Shown in pieces: positions 18,430-28,049 of a stretch of DNA of 64,000 bases. A program made the translations under genes and the position numbers. How positions within the stretch are numbered: position 1 is the stretch's first letter; each line of letters opens with the position of its first letter. This DNA comes from Candidatus Phosphitivorax anaerolimi. Lineage in GTDB: Bacteria > Desulfobacterota > Desulfomonilia > UBA1062. Under the pieces are notes generated by a model that worked only from the letters and a program-made list of their open reading frames with translations, had not been told where the DNA came from and made no database searches. The DNA lies in contig MPOS01000012.1 of the NCBI GenBank assembly GCA_001896555.1, positions 81,195 through 145,194 on the forward strand, read 5' to 3'.

Positions 18430-18828
18430 TTAGTCTCCCCGCCGGTCCTCCTGCAACCAATAACCGAAGAACGGGTCCCCGTGGGGCCGCACGGTCTTTT
18501 CGGGATCATAGTCGGTGGGCCCTGTGGTCTTCACCCAGAACCGAGCTTCCTCGAAATCGGTGATGTCTTCCATGCCCTCGACATTCTTCAGCTCATCTAT
18601 GGTCGTGAAAGGGCCGCTTGCTTCCCGATATTCGATGATGTTTCTGGCTACCTGATCAGGATTGTCGATATTGCTTCTCCCAAGGAACCACTCCAGTTCT
18701 TCCTGTGTTGCGGTATTCACGTTCACCGATCCCTTTCCCCAGGGATAATAATCTTCCCCATAAGCCATGCCGCCGAAGGTGAACATGAACGCCAGCATCG
18801 CTATTCCGAGAACGATGAGTCTCTTCAT
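18430..18828 (-). CDS. ComEA-like helix-hairpin-helix DNA-binding protein, secreted
   Basis: Signal peptide is MKRLIVLGIAMLAFMFTFGGMAYG. VNVNTATQEELEWFLG...ARNIIEYREASGPFTTIDELKNVEG matches the ComEA HhH module. Confidence 0.65.
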   Translation of the reverse strand: MKRLIVLGIAMLAFMFTFGGMAYGEDYYPWGKGSVNVNTATQEELEWFLGRSNIDNPDQVARNIIEYREASGPFTTIDELKNVEGMEDITDFEEARFWVKTTGPTDYDPEKTVRPHGDPFFGYWLQEDRRGD

Positions 18829-18936
18829 GGCCTTTGACCTCCTTGCTGGTTTTGCTGTGCTCGTTAGAGCATGTGAATACTATAGTGACACAGCGCAGGG
18901 AATAAAGGGGGTCAGGCCGATTTATTAAGCGTCTTC

Positions 18937-20772
18937 TCAGTCTCCTTCCCGGTACATGGATTCGATGAGATCCTTGTACTGCCGGTTGATTGCGGCGCGC
19001 TTGACCTTCATGGTGGGGGTCACCTCGCCGTCCTCGGTGTAGAGCTTCTTGTCCAGGAGCCTGAACTTGCGGATGTTCTCCACCCGGGCGAGCTGCTTGT
19101 TGACCTTGGCCACCTCCTCTGAGATGAGCCGGTTCACTTCGTCGGTCTTGGTCAGGCTCGCGAAGGTGGTGTACTGGACCTTGTGGTCCTGTGCCCACTT
19201 CACCACGTTCTCCTCGTCGATCACGATGATGGCGGTGATATACTTCCGCCGGTCGCCGATGACCACGGCGTCGTTGATGTAGGGGGAGAACTTGAGCAGG
19301 TTCTCGATATACTGCGGGGCCACGTTCTTGCCGCCCGCGGTCACGATGAGGTCCTTCTTGCGGTCTGTGATCTTGAGGTAGCCCTCGTCATCGACTTCGC
19401 CCACGTCGCCGGTGTGGAACCAACCATCCGCATCGATGGCCTCCCTCGTGTGCTCTTCGTCCTTGAAGTAGCCCTGGAAGATGCCCCCGTGCCGGATGAG
19501 GATCTCGCCGTCTTCGGCGATCTTTACCTCCGAGCCGGGCAGACACTTGCCCACGGTGCCGAGCTTGAAGTTGGTCGCGTCCGAGATGTGCGTGATACCC
19601 GTGGTCTCGGTGAGCCCGTAGCCTTCTCGGATGGGGATTCCGATGCTCTGGAAGAACTTGAGCACCTCGTGTGATATGGGCGCGGCACCCGAGAACCCGA
19701 TCCGCACCCGGTCGAAGCCAAGCCGCTCCTTGAGCTTCCAGAATATGGCGAAGTAGGAAAGCCAGTAGCCGATCGTGAGCGGAAGCGAGATCGGCTTCTT
19801 CGACAACTTGCAGTCGTTGTACCTGGTGCCGATCTTGAAGGCGATCCCGTACAAGGTGCGCTTGAACCAGGTGGCGTCCATCATCTTGAGCACGATTCCG
19901 GAGTGGTACTTCTCCCAGATCCTGGGCACGGCGTGGAAGAGGGTAGGGGAGACGTCCTTGAGGTCGTTCATGACCGTGTCCGTGTTCTCGGTGAAGTTTA
20001 CGATGTGCCCCACCCGCAAGTGCATCATGAGGTCGAAGATCTGTTCGTACACGTGGTTCAGTGGCAAGAACGAAATGGTCTCGTCGTCGACGGTCATACG
20101 GGTGATCTTCTCGGTCTGCCTGGCGATCCACTGGTAGTTCTTGTGCGAGATCATGGCGCCCTTGGGCGGGCCGGTGGTGCCCGAGGTATAGATGATGGAG
20201 GCGGTCTCGTCCTCCTTTCCATCATCTACGATCTTCTCGAAAAGGCCGGGGTTTTCCTGATCGGTCTTCCTGCCCAGCTCCACGAGGTCGTCGAAGCTCA
20301 TGATCATGTCGTCGTCAAAGTGCTTCAGGCCCTCCATGTCCCATACCACGATCTTTTTCAGAGCGGGGGTGCGCTCACGGAAGACCAGGGCCTTGTCGCA
20401 CTGCTCTTCATCTTCGCAGATGAACACCACCGACTCGGAGTGCCCCACCACATACTCGCACTCGGCCGCAGGATTGGTGGTGTATACGCCCACGAAGGTC
20501 CCTCCCAGAGACATGACGCCCAGGGCCGAGAAGAGCCACTCGGGCTTGTTCTCGCCTATGATGGACACATGGTCTCCCCGTTTGACGCCCAGGGCGTGGA
20601 GCCCCATGGCGACTTCGCGCACCTTGTCTGCATACTGCCTCCAGGTGATGTCGTGCCAGATGCCGTAGTCCTTCATCCGCATGGCTACGCGGTCGGGCTG
20701 TATGGAGGCAAGCACCCTCAAGGCCTGCGGAAGGGTCTGAACCTTGTCTGTCGGTCTCTCGATCTGTTCCAT
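18937..20772 (-). CDS. Long-chain acyl-CoA synthetase (AMP-forming ligase)
   Basis: AMP-binding signature IIYTSGTTGPPKGAMISH, GYGLTETTG, and TGDVGEVDDEGYLKITDRKKDLI. 611 aa. It is the last gene of the Liv-type ABC operon. Confidence 0.85.
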   Translation of the reverse strand: MEQIERPTDKVQTLPQALRVLASIQPDRVAMRMKDYGIWHDITWRQYADKVREVAMGLHALGVKRGDHVSIIGENKPEWLFSALGVMSLGGTFVGVYTTNPAAECEYVVGHSESVVFICEDEEQCDKALVFRERTPALKKIVVWDMEGLKHFDDDMIMSFDDLVELGRKTDQENPGLFEKIVDDGKEDETASIIYTSGTTGPPKGAMISHKNYQWIARQTEKITRMTVDDETISFLPLNHVYEQIFDLMMHLRVGHIVNFTENTDTVMNDLKDVSPTLFHAVPRIWEKYHSGIVLKMMDATWFKRTLYGIAFKIGTRYNDCKLSKKPISLPLTIGYWLSYFAIFWKLKERLGFDRVRIGFSGAAPISHEVLKFFQSIGIPIREGYGLTETTGITHISDATNFKLGTVGKCLPGSEVKIAEDGEILIRHGGIFQGYFKDEEHTREAIDADGWFHTGDVGEVDDEGYLKITDRKKDLIVTAGGKNVAPQYIENLLKFSPYINDAVVIGDRRKYITAIIVIDEENVVKWAQDHKVQYTTFASLTKTDEVNRLISEEVAKVNKQLARVENIRKFRLLDKKLYTEDGEVTPTMKVKRAAINRQYKDLIESMYREGD

Positions 20773-20793
20773 TCTCCGGCCTCCCCCCTCGTT

Positions 20794-21564
20794 TTACCTA
20801 AATCTGACCTTGCGCCGGTAGCGCTTGTATCCCTTGACGGATTGCTCGGTTGCTATGCCAAGATAGAATTCCTTGACGTCTTCGTCCTCGCGGAGCACCT
20901 CGGGCTTGTCCGCCCGCACGATTCTCCCGTTTTCCATGAGATAGGCATAGTCCGAGTATTTGAGCGCCATGTTCACGTTCTGCTCCACCAGGAGGATCGT
21001 GACCCCTTCCGAGTTGATCCGCCTGATGATGTTGAATATCTCCTTGGTGAGCAGCGGGGAAAGCCCCAGCGAAGGCTCGTCGAGCATGAGGAGCTTGGGT
21101 CTGCTCATGAGGGCCCGCGCGATGGCCAGCATCTGCTGCTCGCCGCCGCTCAAGTGCCCTGCCTGCTGGTTCCGCCTCTGCCCGAGGATGGGGAACTGCT
21201 TCAGCAGCAACTCGATGTCCTGCTTAATGCCCTTCTTGTCCCGCCTGGTGTAGGCGCCCATAAGGATGTTCTCCATCACGCTCAGCTCCGGGAACACCTC
21301 ACGGCCCTCTGGTACGTAGCTGATGCCCAGGCGCACGATCTCCTCGGTGTCGAGCCGGTCGATGCGCTTCCCCATGAACTCGATGGTTCCTTTTTCGGGC
21401 TGGTCGTCGTCGAGCAGGCGCATGATGGTCTTCAAGGTCGTAGTCTTGCCCGCGCCGTTGGAGCCGAGCAGGGCTACGATGTCGCCTTCGTTGATCTCGA
21501 AGGAGATCCCGTGGAGAGCACGGATCAGGTCATACCATGTTTCGATGTTCTTGATCTTGAGCAT
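20794..21564 (-). CDS. livF: ABC transporter ATP-binding protein, LivF family
   Basis: Walker A GSNGAGKTT, signature LSGGEQQML, Walker B LLMLDEPS. ATG 21564 has GAGGAGG upstream and overlaps the livG 3' end by 35 nt. Confidence 0.85.
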   Translation of the reverse strand: MLKIKNIETWYDLIRALHGISFEINEGDIVALLGSNGAGKTTTLKTIMRLLDDDQPEKGTIEFMGKRIDRLDTEEIVRLGISYVPEGREVFPELSVMENILMGAYTRRDKKGIKQDIELLLKQFPILGQRRNQQAGHLSGGEQQMLAIARALMSRPKLLMLDEPSLGLSPLLTKEIFNIIRRINSEGVTILLVEQNVNMALKYSDYAYLMENGRIVRADKPEVLREDEDVKEFYLGIATEQSVKGYKRYRRKVRFR

Positions 21565-22339
21565 CAGTGTCCTCCTCGCCGAGATAGGCTGCAACCACGT
21601 CCGGGTGCTTCTGCACCTCTGCGGGCGTCCCCTCGATGATCTTCACCCCTTGGTTGATGGCCAGTATCCTGTCGGAAATGCCCATCACCATGTTCATGTC
21701 GTGCTCGATGAGCAGGATGGTAACCTTGTAGTCTTCCTGGATGTCCTTGATCCATATACGCAGGTCGTCTTTCTCTTCGGTGTTCATTCCCGCTGAGGGC
21801 TCGTCGAGCAGCAGGACCTTGGGCTCAAGGGCCAGGGCGCGGCCGAGCTCCACGAGCTTGCGTTTGCCGTAGGGCAGGTTGGAGACGAACTGGTCGCGCA
21901 CAGACTGCAGGTCGAGGAAGTCCACGATGTGCTCCACGATCTCGCGGTGTCTCACCTCCTCCCGCGCGCAGGGCGTCCACTTGCCCAGCATGAAGAAGCC
22001 GCTCAATACGCCGGTTTTCATGTGAATGTGCCGTCCGAGCATGAGATTGTCCATGACCGTGGCATTGCCGAAGAGCTGGATGTTCTGAAAGGTCCGGGCA
22101 ATGCCCTTGCGGGCGATCCTGTCAGGAGAGAGTCCGGTGAGATTCTCCCCGTCGAGCACGACCCTGCCCGAGTCCGGCTTGTAGATGCCGCTGATCATGT
22201 TGAAGATGGTGGTCTTCCCCGAGCCGTTGGGCCCAATGATGGAGAAGATGGAGTTCTGCCGGACGTCGAAGCTCACGCCTTGGACGGCCCGGATGCCGCC
22301 GAAGCTGATGCTGATGTTTTCCACCTTGAAGTGGGCCAT
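21530..22339 (-). CDS. livG: ABC transporter ATP-binding protein, LivG family
   Basis: The start MAHFKVENISISFGG is typical of the family. Walker A GPNGSGKTT, LPYGKRKLVELGRAL, and Walker B LLLDEPSAGM. The upstream part of track ORF 21530..22513 was discarded. Confidence 0.85.
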   Translation of the reverse strand: MAHFKVENISISFGGIRAVQGVSFDVRQNSIFSIIGPNGSGKTTIFNMISGIYKPDSGRVVLDGENLTGLSPDRIARKGIARTFQNIQLFGNATVMDNLMLGRHIHMKTGVLSGFFMLGKWTPCAREEVRHREIVEHIVDFLDLQSVRDQFVSNLPYGKRKLVELGRALALEPKVLLLDEPSAGMNTEEKDDLRIWIKDIQEDYKVTILLIEHDMNMVMGISDRILAINQGVKIIEGTPAEVQKHPDVVAAYLGEEDTDAQDQEHRNMV

Positions 22340-22437
22340 ATGCCTTGTCCCCCCGTCATTTCGGGCGTCTTCGCGTATCGGGTCCGCCCCGGGAAGCCCG
22401 GAGCGGACCGTTCTAAAGCAGATGTCTTGTGCTTCCC

Positions 22438-23634
22438 CTATTTCGGTTTCCACGTCGCCAGATCGTTCGATACCCAGTCCTGGAGCAGGATAGAGCTGCC
22501 GCCCGGTCCGCACTGCAGGATCTGGATGGAATCCGTGCCCTGATGAACATCAGGAGACCAGGTGATCTTGGGTCCGATGCCCTGGAAGTCTTTGGTCGAA
22601 TTGAGGGCATCGAGGAAGGCATCGGTGCTCAAGTTGGGTCCCACGCGCTGCAATGCATCGATGAGAGGCTCCGCGAACAGCATCCCTGCCAGGTAGAAGG
22701 TGCCGAAGCGCTCTTCAGGGGCGTACTTCTTCGCTGCCTCGCGGTATTTGACGATGGTGGAATGATCGGAGTCGGGCGGGAGGCAGAAACCGCCGGTGAT
22801 CACACCCTCCCACAGGCCGCCGGTAATGGTGTTCATGAGCGGGAAGTCGGACAGGGTGTCGGACGAAATCCACTGCGGCTTGAACCCGATGGTCGCGCTG
22901 GTCTTGAGTGCGATCGTGGCGCTGGTCGGGTTCACCCACAGGAATACCACCTCGGCTCCCGAGTTCTTGAGCCTGAGCATCTGGGATGAAAGATCTTTCT
23001 CGCTGGGTTCCACCGAGACCTCTTCCACGAGGCTCATGTTGTAGGTGTTGAGCCTCTGTTTGCAGCCCTCGAGTCCGCTCTTTCCATAGGAGTCGTTCTG
23101 GTAGAAGAACCCGATCTTCTGCGCCTTGAGTTTCTCCACGGCATACTTGGTGAGGATGCTCGCCTCGTCTTCATACAGCGGGTATATGGCGAATAGGTAC
23201 GGGTTCACCGGGAATACGTATTCGTTGATGGCCGTGGACGGACCGACCCAGACCACCTTGTTCTCGGCCAGGTAGTCCTTGACCGCCATGCCGCAGGGGG
23301 CACCGACTCCGCCGACAAAGGCGAAAATACCCCTTCGTTCGACCAGCTCCTTGACCACCGCCTTGGTCTGCGCGGGGTTGTACTGGTCGTCCCTGATGAA
23401 GTATTTGATCGTCCTGCCGTGGATTCCTCCCTCTTCGTTGACTATCCGGAAGATGAGGTCGCTGCCGCGCGCCACCGAGCCCCACGGGGCGGCCGGACCG
23501 GTCTGCGGACCCCACTGGGCAATCCGGATCTCCTTCTTGTCGAACCCGGGCGGGCCTGCATGCCCCTGAACGGGCAGCATGAGCACCAAGATCAAGGCCA
23601 GCAACCAGAAAACCATACTCCTCGTTCCCTTCAT
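22438..23634 (-). CDS. ABC substrate-binding protein (type I periplasmic binding fold, Leu/Ile/Val-binding-like)
   Basis: Signal peptide is MVFWLLALILVLMLPVQGHA. IRIAQWGPQTGPAAPWG, FVGGVGAP and GFFYQNDSYGKSG are typical of the LivK/Peripla_BP_6 family. Confidence 0.8.
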   Translation of the reverse strand: MKGTRSMVFWLLALILVLMLPVQGHAGPPGFDKKEIRIAQWGPQTGPAAPWGSVARGSDLIFRIVNEEGGIHGRTIKYFIRDDQYNPAQTKAVVKELVERRGIFAFVGGVGAPCGMAVKDYLAENKVVWVGPSTAINEYVFPVNPYLFAIYPLYEDEASILTKYAVEKLKAQKIGFFYQNDSYGKSGLEGCKQRLNTYNMSLVEEVSVEPSEKDLSSQMLRLKNSGAEVVFLWVNPTSATIALKTSATIGFKPQWISSDTLSDFPLMNTITGGLWEGVITGGFCLPPDSDHSTIVKYREAAKKYAPEERFGTFYLAGMLFAEPLIDALQRVGPNLSTDAFLDALNSTKDFQGIGPKITWSPDVHQGTDSIQILQCGPGGSSILLQDWVSNDLATWKPK

Positions 23635-23723
23635 ACTCCCTCCTTACCGCTGCTTTTTTAAGAGCAGCTTATTCATTTGTTGCCTTCCGATACCGCCATA
23701 CCGAAAAATCCGGGTTGTCCTTA

Positions 23724-24200
23724 TCATCCCTTGAACCACTGCCCTCCTTCCTTCAGGAAGGTGAAGCAGAAGTTGCACTCCGTTGTTCCGTGCTCATCCG
23801 TATATTGCAGGGTCACGTCCACCTCCACCTGGGCAAAGCGCTCGACCCCGGGATATGACTGCGGGTCGTGGTTCGGCCGCAGTCCGTAGATGTCAACGAT
23901 GGTATACTTGACGATCTTTGCGGGGTTGGATCTCATGTCGACGAGAAAGTCCTCGTAGGTGTGGCTCTGCCGGTAGATCGACGAGGGTGCGAGGCTGCGG
24001 TAGACCGCCACCAGGTCCCCCCTCATCTCGGCCGCGAAATAGGCATGCATGGCCTGCTCGATCCGGGGGCGCTCGTAGAGCATCTCCAGAAAGTAGCGGG
24101 GTTTCTCGAAGACGAGGAGCGCGGCCGCGAGCGCGCACACAACCGCTGCTAAAGCCCCTGCGAGGATCAGGGTTCTGGCCCGGGTTCGCTCTTTGTCCAT
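23724..24200 (-). CDS. Hypothetical N-terminally anchored protein (158 aa) embedded in the ABC operon
   Basis: The TM anchor is LILAGALAAVVCALAAALLVF, followed by a soluble domain of about 120 aa with no recognised motif. The start lies 4 nt after the livH stop. Confidence 0.6.
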   Translation of the reverse strand: MDKERTRARTLILAGALAAVVCALAAALLVFEKPRYFLEMLYERPRIEQAMHAYFAAEMRGDLVAVYRSLAPSSIYRQSHTYEDFLVDMRSNPAKIVKYTIVDIYGLRPNHDPQSYPGVERFAQVEVDVTLQYTDEHGTTECNFCFTFLKEGGQWFKG

Positions 24201-24204
24201 CCTC

Positions 24205-25077
24205 CTACACCTTCTTCACATAGTGCTTGGCAAAGAGCCCGCTCGGCCTGATGGTGAGGATGATGATGATCACCACGAAGGCCACGATGGGTTTCCATAC
24301 GGGCCACACATAGCCGAAGAAGTTTTCGATGAGCCCCAGTATGAGGCCTCCCATCACCACGCCCGGGATGCTGGTGAGCCCCCCGAGCACGGCTGCGGCA
24401 AAGGCCCGCATGAAGGGTTCCATCATGAAGTTCGGATCCAGGACCGAACGGGCGGCGAAGAACATCGCGGCCATGGCGCCGATGAACGAGCTCAATCCCC
24501 AGGTGAACGAGAAGACCCGCTCCACCTTGATGCCCATGATCTTGGCCGCGTTCTGGTTTTGCTGGGTGGCGCGCATGGCGATGCCGAGATTGGAATATCG
24601 GAAGAACAGAAAGAGCAGCACCATGATGAGCGCGGTCAGCGCGAACACCCCCATTGACCACTCGTTGAGCACCAGGCCCGGGATAGGTTCGTGGACCTTC
24701 TGCACAGAAAGCGGGAAGATGAAGTCCTTTTGCTCGGCGCCCCATTTCCAGCCCGCAAGGCCCATGAGGAGCATCTCTGCTCCCAAGGTGATGATGATGA
24801 GTCCGAGTACGGTGGGGTCCTTGGCCGGCCTGAGAAAGAAGAACTCGATGAACACACCGAGCAGGACCGCGAACACCATAGTCAGGACAAAGGCCAGCCA
24901 GAAAGGCAGGCCGTACTGGGCAAGGATGTGGTAGGCGACGAAGGTAGATATCATACCCATCTCGCCCTGGCCGAAGTTGACAACGTCCGAAGTCTTGTAG
25001 ATGATGGCCACGGCCACGCCGAAGAGCCCGTAACACGCCCCGATTGCCAAACCTTCAATGATAAGTTGTTCGATCAT
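24205..25077 (-). CDS. livH: Branched-chain-type ABC permease, LivH family
   Basis: 290 aa, polytopic. The N-terminus MIEQLIIEGLAIGACYGL and the GQGEMGMI and NFFGYVW blocks are typical of LivH. Confidence 0.85.
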   Translation of the reverse strand: MIEQLIIEGLAIGACYGLFGVAVAIIYKTSDVVNFGQGEMGMISTFVAYHILAQYGLPFWLAFVLTMVFAVLLGVFIEFFFLRPAKDPTVLGLIIITLGAEMLLMGLAGWKWGAEQKDFIFPLSVQKVHEPIPGLVLNEWSMGVFALTALIMVLLFLFFRYSNLGIAMRATQQNQNAAKIMGIKVERVFSFTWGLSSFIGAMAAMFFAARSVLDPNFMMEPFMRAFAAAVLGGLTSIPGVVMGGLILGLIENFFGYVWPVWKPIVAFVVIIIILTIRPSGLFAKHYVKKV

Positions 25078-25105
25078 GGTTTTTTCACGCTCCCCTCATC
25101 GGCGG

Positions 25106-26176
25106 TTAAAACGGCCAGGTCTTCCAGTACTTCTTGATCCGTATCCAGATGCCGAACATGCCCAGCGGCTCGAAGATCACGATGCCGAGCATGATGATGC
25201 CCAGCATGATGCTGTTGAAGTTCTCCAGTCCGATCACGGTGAAGTACTTCCGGGAAATCCAGACCAGGGCATCGCCCAGGTAGGGCATCTCATCGACGTT
25301 TTTGAGCAGGTCGTACTGGAGATAGGTGATGAGCGTGGCCCCCATCACGGCGCCGAGCACCGACCCGAGGCCCCCCACCACGATCATGACCAGAAAGATG
25401 ATGGAGAGGATGAGGTTGAAGGTGAAGGGATCGAAGAATCCCAGCACAAAGCCGAAGAGTCCGCCTGCAACGCCTGCATAGAAGGCGCTGACGGCAAACG
25501 AGAGGGTCTTGAAGGTGAGCAGGTTCACCCCCATGACCTCGGCCGCGATATCGTCGTCGCGGATAGCCACGAAGGCCCTGCCTATCCTTGTCTTCATCAT
25601 GTTCCTGGCGCCGATCACCATGACGATGGCGATGACGAGGATCAGGTAGTACATCTTTACGTCAGAGTCGAGCGGGACGCTCCACCCCCACTGCGGGATG
25701 CCGATATCGAGCGGCGGTGCCTGGATCCCCATCCTCCCGCCGAAGATCTCCCACCTGCCGATGATGTGCATGATGGTGAGTCCGAACCCCAGGGTGGCGA
25801 TGGCGAGGTAGGGACCCTCCAGCCTGAGTGCGGGCAGGCCGATGATGAACCCGGATAATGCCGCGATGAGACCTGCAGCGATGATCGCGGCAAAGAAGGG
25901 GATGCCCAGGTGCATCATGAGCAGGGAGGTCCCGTAGGCGCCGATTGCGAAGAAACCGGCATGCCCCAGCGAAATCTGGCCCGTGTACCCCACGAGGATG
26001 TTGAGCCCCACAGCAAGGATCACGTGCACGAGGATGATGTTGAAGAGGTAGATATTGTAGCTGGGCATGTAGAGGGGCAGGGTGAAGAGAACGGCGAATA
26101 GTGCGATGGACCAGAAAAGAACCGTGCCGCTGCTGAAGATCTCGATGTCTTCGTAGTAATCACGCTTCATGTCCAT
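25106..26176 (-). CDS. livM: Branched-chain-type ABC permease, LivM family
   Basis: 356 aa, polytopic. GYTGQISLGHAGFFAIGAY and AIRDDDIAAEVMGVN are typical LivM blocks. Confidence 0.85.
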   Translation of the reverse strand: MDMKRDYYEDIEIFSSGTVLFWSIALFAVLFTLPLYMPSYNIYLFNIILVHVILAVGLNILVGYTGQISLGHAGFFAIGAYGTSLLMMHLGIPFFAAIIAAGLIAALSGFIIGLPALRLEGPYLAIATLGFGLTIMHIIGRWEIFGGRMGIQAPPLDIGIPQWGWSVPLDSDVKMYYLILVIAIVMVIGARNMMKTRIGRAFVAIRDDDIAAEVMGVNLLTFKTLSFAVSAFYAGVAGGLFGFVLGFFDPFTFNLILSIIFLVMIVVGGLGSVLGAVMGATLITYLQYDLLKNVDEMPYLGDALVWISRKYFTVIGLENFNSIMLGIIMLGIVIFEPLGMFGIWIRIKKYWKTWPF

Positions 26177-26223
26177 AGGAGCACTCCAAGATGTGAAAGT
26201 TGTCGTGCATCACCCGGCGGGTA

Positions 26224-26252
26224 TTGACAGGTGATGAACAGTTGAATATCCT
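26224..26252 (+). promoter_or_regulatory. Candidate sigma70-type promoter TTGACA-N17-TATCCT
   Basis: TTGACA at 26224-26229 and TATCCT at 26247-26252. It lies in the AT-rich divergent spacer about 400 nt upstream of the C11 peptidase gene. It is a pattern match only. Confidence 0.25.
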
Positions 26253-26326
26253 GAAACCGAAAACACCAACACTCCATAGTAACCAGCACATTCTCATCAT
26301 AGCACATTTTCCCTGGAGAGTCTTGT

Positions 26327-26350
26327 AAAATAATAAGCTCGTATTATTTT
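26327..26350. repeat. Perfect 9-bp inverted repeat AAAATAATA-AGCTCG-TATTATTTT
   Basis: Read directly from the sequence. It lies in the AT-rich spacer between the livM operon (-) and the C11 peptidase (+) and is a possible operator. Confidence 0.45.
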
Positions 26351-26649
26351 CAGCCAGTGGTCGGTAAATAAGAAATGCAATATGGCAAAATGAAAATGTT
26401 AAAAAAATAAAAATTACTCAGTATGCGAAGAATACCTATCACAAAAACCCCGCATCTCTTCCTGATCAGGTGTGCTGTGAGCCCCCATCTCCTCAGGTGC
26501 AGGGGCATGGCTGCCGGGGGTTAAGGACGGCTCTTTCTTCTCCCGGAATTTGATGCCGCAAGGCAGCGAGCTACTATGTACCTTTACAGGGCGTGGCAAA
26601 ACGTTCGACTCCAAGCTGATGCTGATGATTCTCTGATAAGGACGCGCAG

Positions 26650-27972
26650 GTGAGATACTCAGGCGGGAAGGGTGACGCCCGGTGGCGGTGTCCATATTTG
26701 CTGATCTGGTGCGGATATCTTCTGGTGATGTGTGTGTTTTTGGGCTCGTGCAGCGGCGAGTCCGAGCAGGAGGACGATCTCGAGGTCCACGCGAAGCAAA
26801 AAGGCTCGTGGACCTACATGGTTTACCTCGCGGCGGACAACGATATCTCTGAGGCGGGCCTGGCGGATGTCAATGAGATGGAAGAGGTGGGGTCCTCTCC
26901 AGAGGTCAACATCGTGGTGCAGGGAGAATTCCAGCCCGGTGGGACGGGCGGTCCGCCCTCATCGACCATTCGCGGGAGGGTTGAGGGTGATGCCGATCCC
27001 AGGCAGATGGGTGCATGGTACGAGGAGATCGGCAATAGAAACATGACCGACCCGGCAACACTGACTGAGTTCATCGATTGGGCTGCACGGAACTATCCCG
27101 CCGACCGTTATGCGCTGGTTCTCTGGAGCCACGGCTCGGGATGGAAGGATTATCAGACCCCTCCCGCCGCGGCCAAGGGAATGTTCATCGACCTTACCTC
27201 TGCAGGCAGACACACCATGACCCCGCTTACTGATCTGGCCCGGGCGGTGCGGGAAAGCGGCGTGGTCTTCGATGTCATCAATTTCGACACCTGCCTCATG
27301 GGCATGTTCGAGGTGGCCTACGAGTTCAGGGGCACGGCCGATTACCTGGTGTTCTCCGAGGGGCTCTATCCTGCGTATGGAGATTCCTACCACACCATTC
27401 TCCGGGAGCTGGTCAATGCCCCGGACATGGACGGATTCCTGCTTGCCCGGATAACTGCTGCCAAGTGCAGAGAGTTTTATGAACAGCTGTCCTCAGGCGG
27501 GTTGATCATGACAAAATCCGCACTGGACCTCTCCGGGATAGAACGCTTTCAGCAGGATCTGTGCCGGCTGGCCGAACTTCTGTGCAGCCACATGGAGACC
27601 GAGAGGCCGCGGATCGAGGAGGCCAGGGACGCATCGGTGGATTTCGAGTATCAGGGAAGCCGGGACCTGGGCAGTTTCCTCCAGCAGCTCAGCCTGGTCG
27701 CCGGAGAGCCCGAGATCAAAACCATGAGCCGAAACCTGGCAGATACCCTGTCGGGCATGATCATCGGAAATGAAGTCTCCGGCATGGCCCGAGGCACTGA
27801 GGTCACGGGGATGGCCATCTATTTTCCCGACCAATACCAGGCCCTCGGCGACGACCTCACCCGGTATTCGGCCCTGGCGTGCAACAGGACCGGGGGAATC
27901 ACCTGGGGGAGTCTTGTCAGCATGGTCCTGACAGGGGACCCGCTACCGGATGCCGGGGAGGTGGATGATTGA
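26650..27972 (+). CDS. Clostripain-family (MEROPS C11, clan CD) cysteine peptidase, predicted lipoprotein
   Basis: WTYMVYLAADNDISEAGLADVNEMEEVGSSPEVNIVVQ is family-typical. The catalytic His sits in ALVLWSHGSGW (His161) and the catalytic Cys in INFDTCLMGMFEVAYE (Cys215). The N-terminal lipobox-like sequence is VFLGSC. Start is GTG. Confidence 0.85.
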   Translation: MRYSGGKGDARWRCPYLLIWCGYLLVMCVFLGSCSGESEQEDDLEVHAKQKGSWTYMVYLAADNDISEAGLADVNEMEEVGSSPEVNIVVQGEFQPGGTGGPPSSTIRGRVEGDADPRQMGAWYEEIGNRNMTDPATLTEFIDWAARNYPADRYALVLWSHGSGWKDYQTPPAAAKGMFIDLTSAGRHTMTPLTDLARAVRESGVVFDVINFDTCLMGMFEVAYEFRGTADYLVFSEGLYPAYGDSYHTILRELVNAPDMDGFLLARITAAKCREFYEQLSSGGLIMTKSALDLSGIERFQQDLCRLAELLCSHMETERPRIEEARDASVDFEYQGSRDLGSFLQQLSLVAGEPEIKTMSRNLADTLSGMIIGNEVSGMARGTEVTGMAIYFPDQYQALGDDLTRYSALACNRTGGITWGSLVSMVLTGDPLPDAGEVDD

Positions 27973-28049
27973 GAAATGCGGAGAACATGCCCCGACACAG
28001 GGCAGGGGAAGAACACCCTTCCCGGTCTCTGTGCAAGGAGGTGCGCGAC

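Noticed and set aside
19903-21639. 578-aa ORF on the plus strand
   Set aside because: It is antisense to the acyl-CoA ligase and livF, both of which have clear signatures, so it is a shadow ORF.
27969-28049. Serpin start at TTG 27969 overlapping the C11 stop (would imply translational coupling)
   Set aside because: ATG 28050 has AGGAGG 8 nt upstream and is followed immediately by a signal peptide. The 27 extra residues are hydrophilic and have no Shine-Dalgarno.
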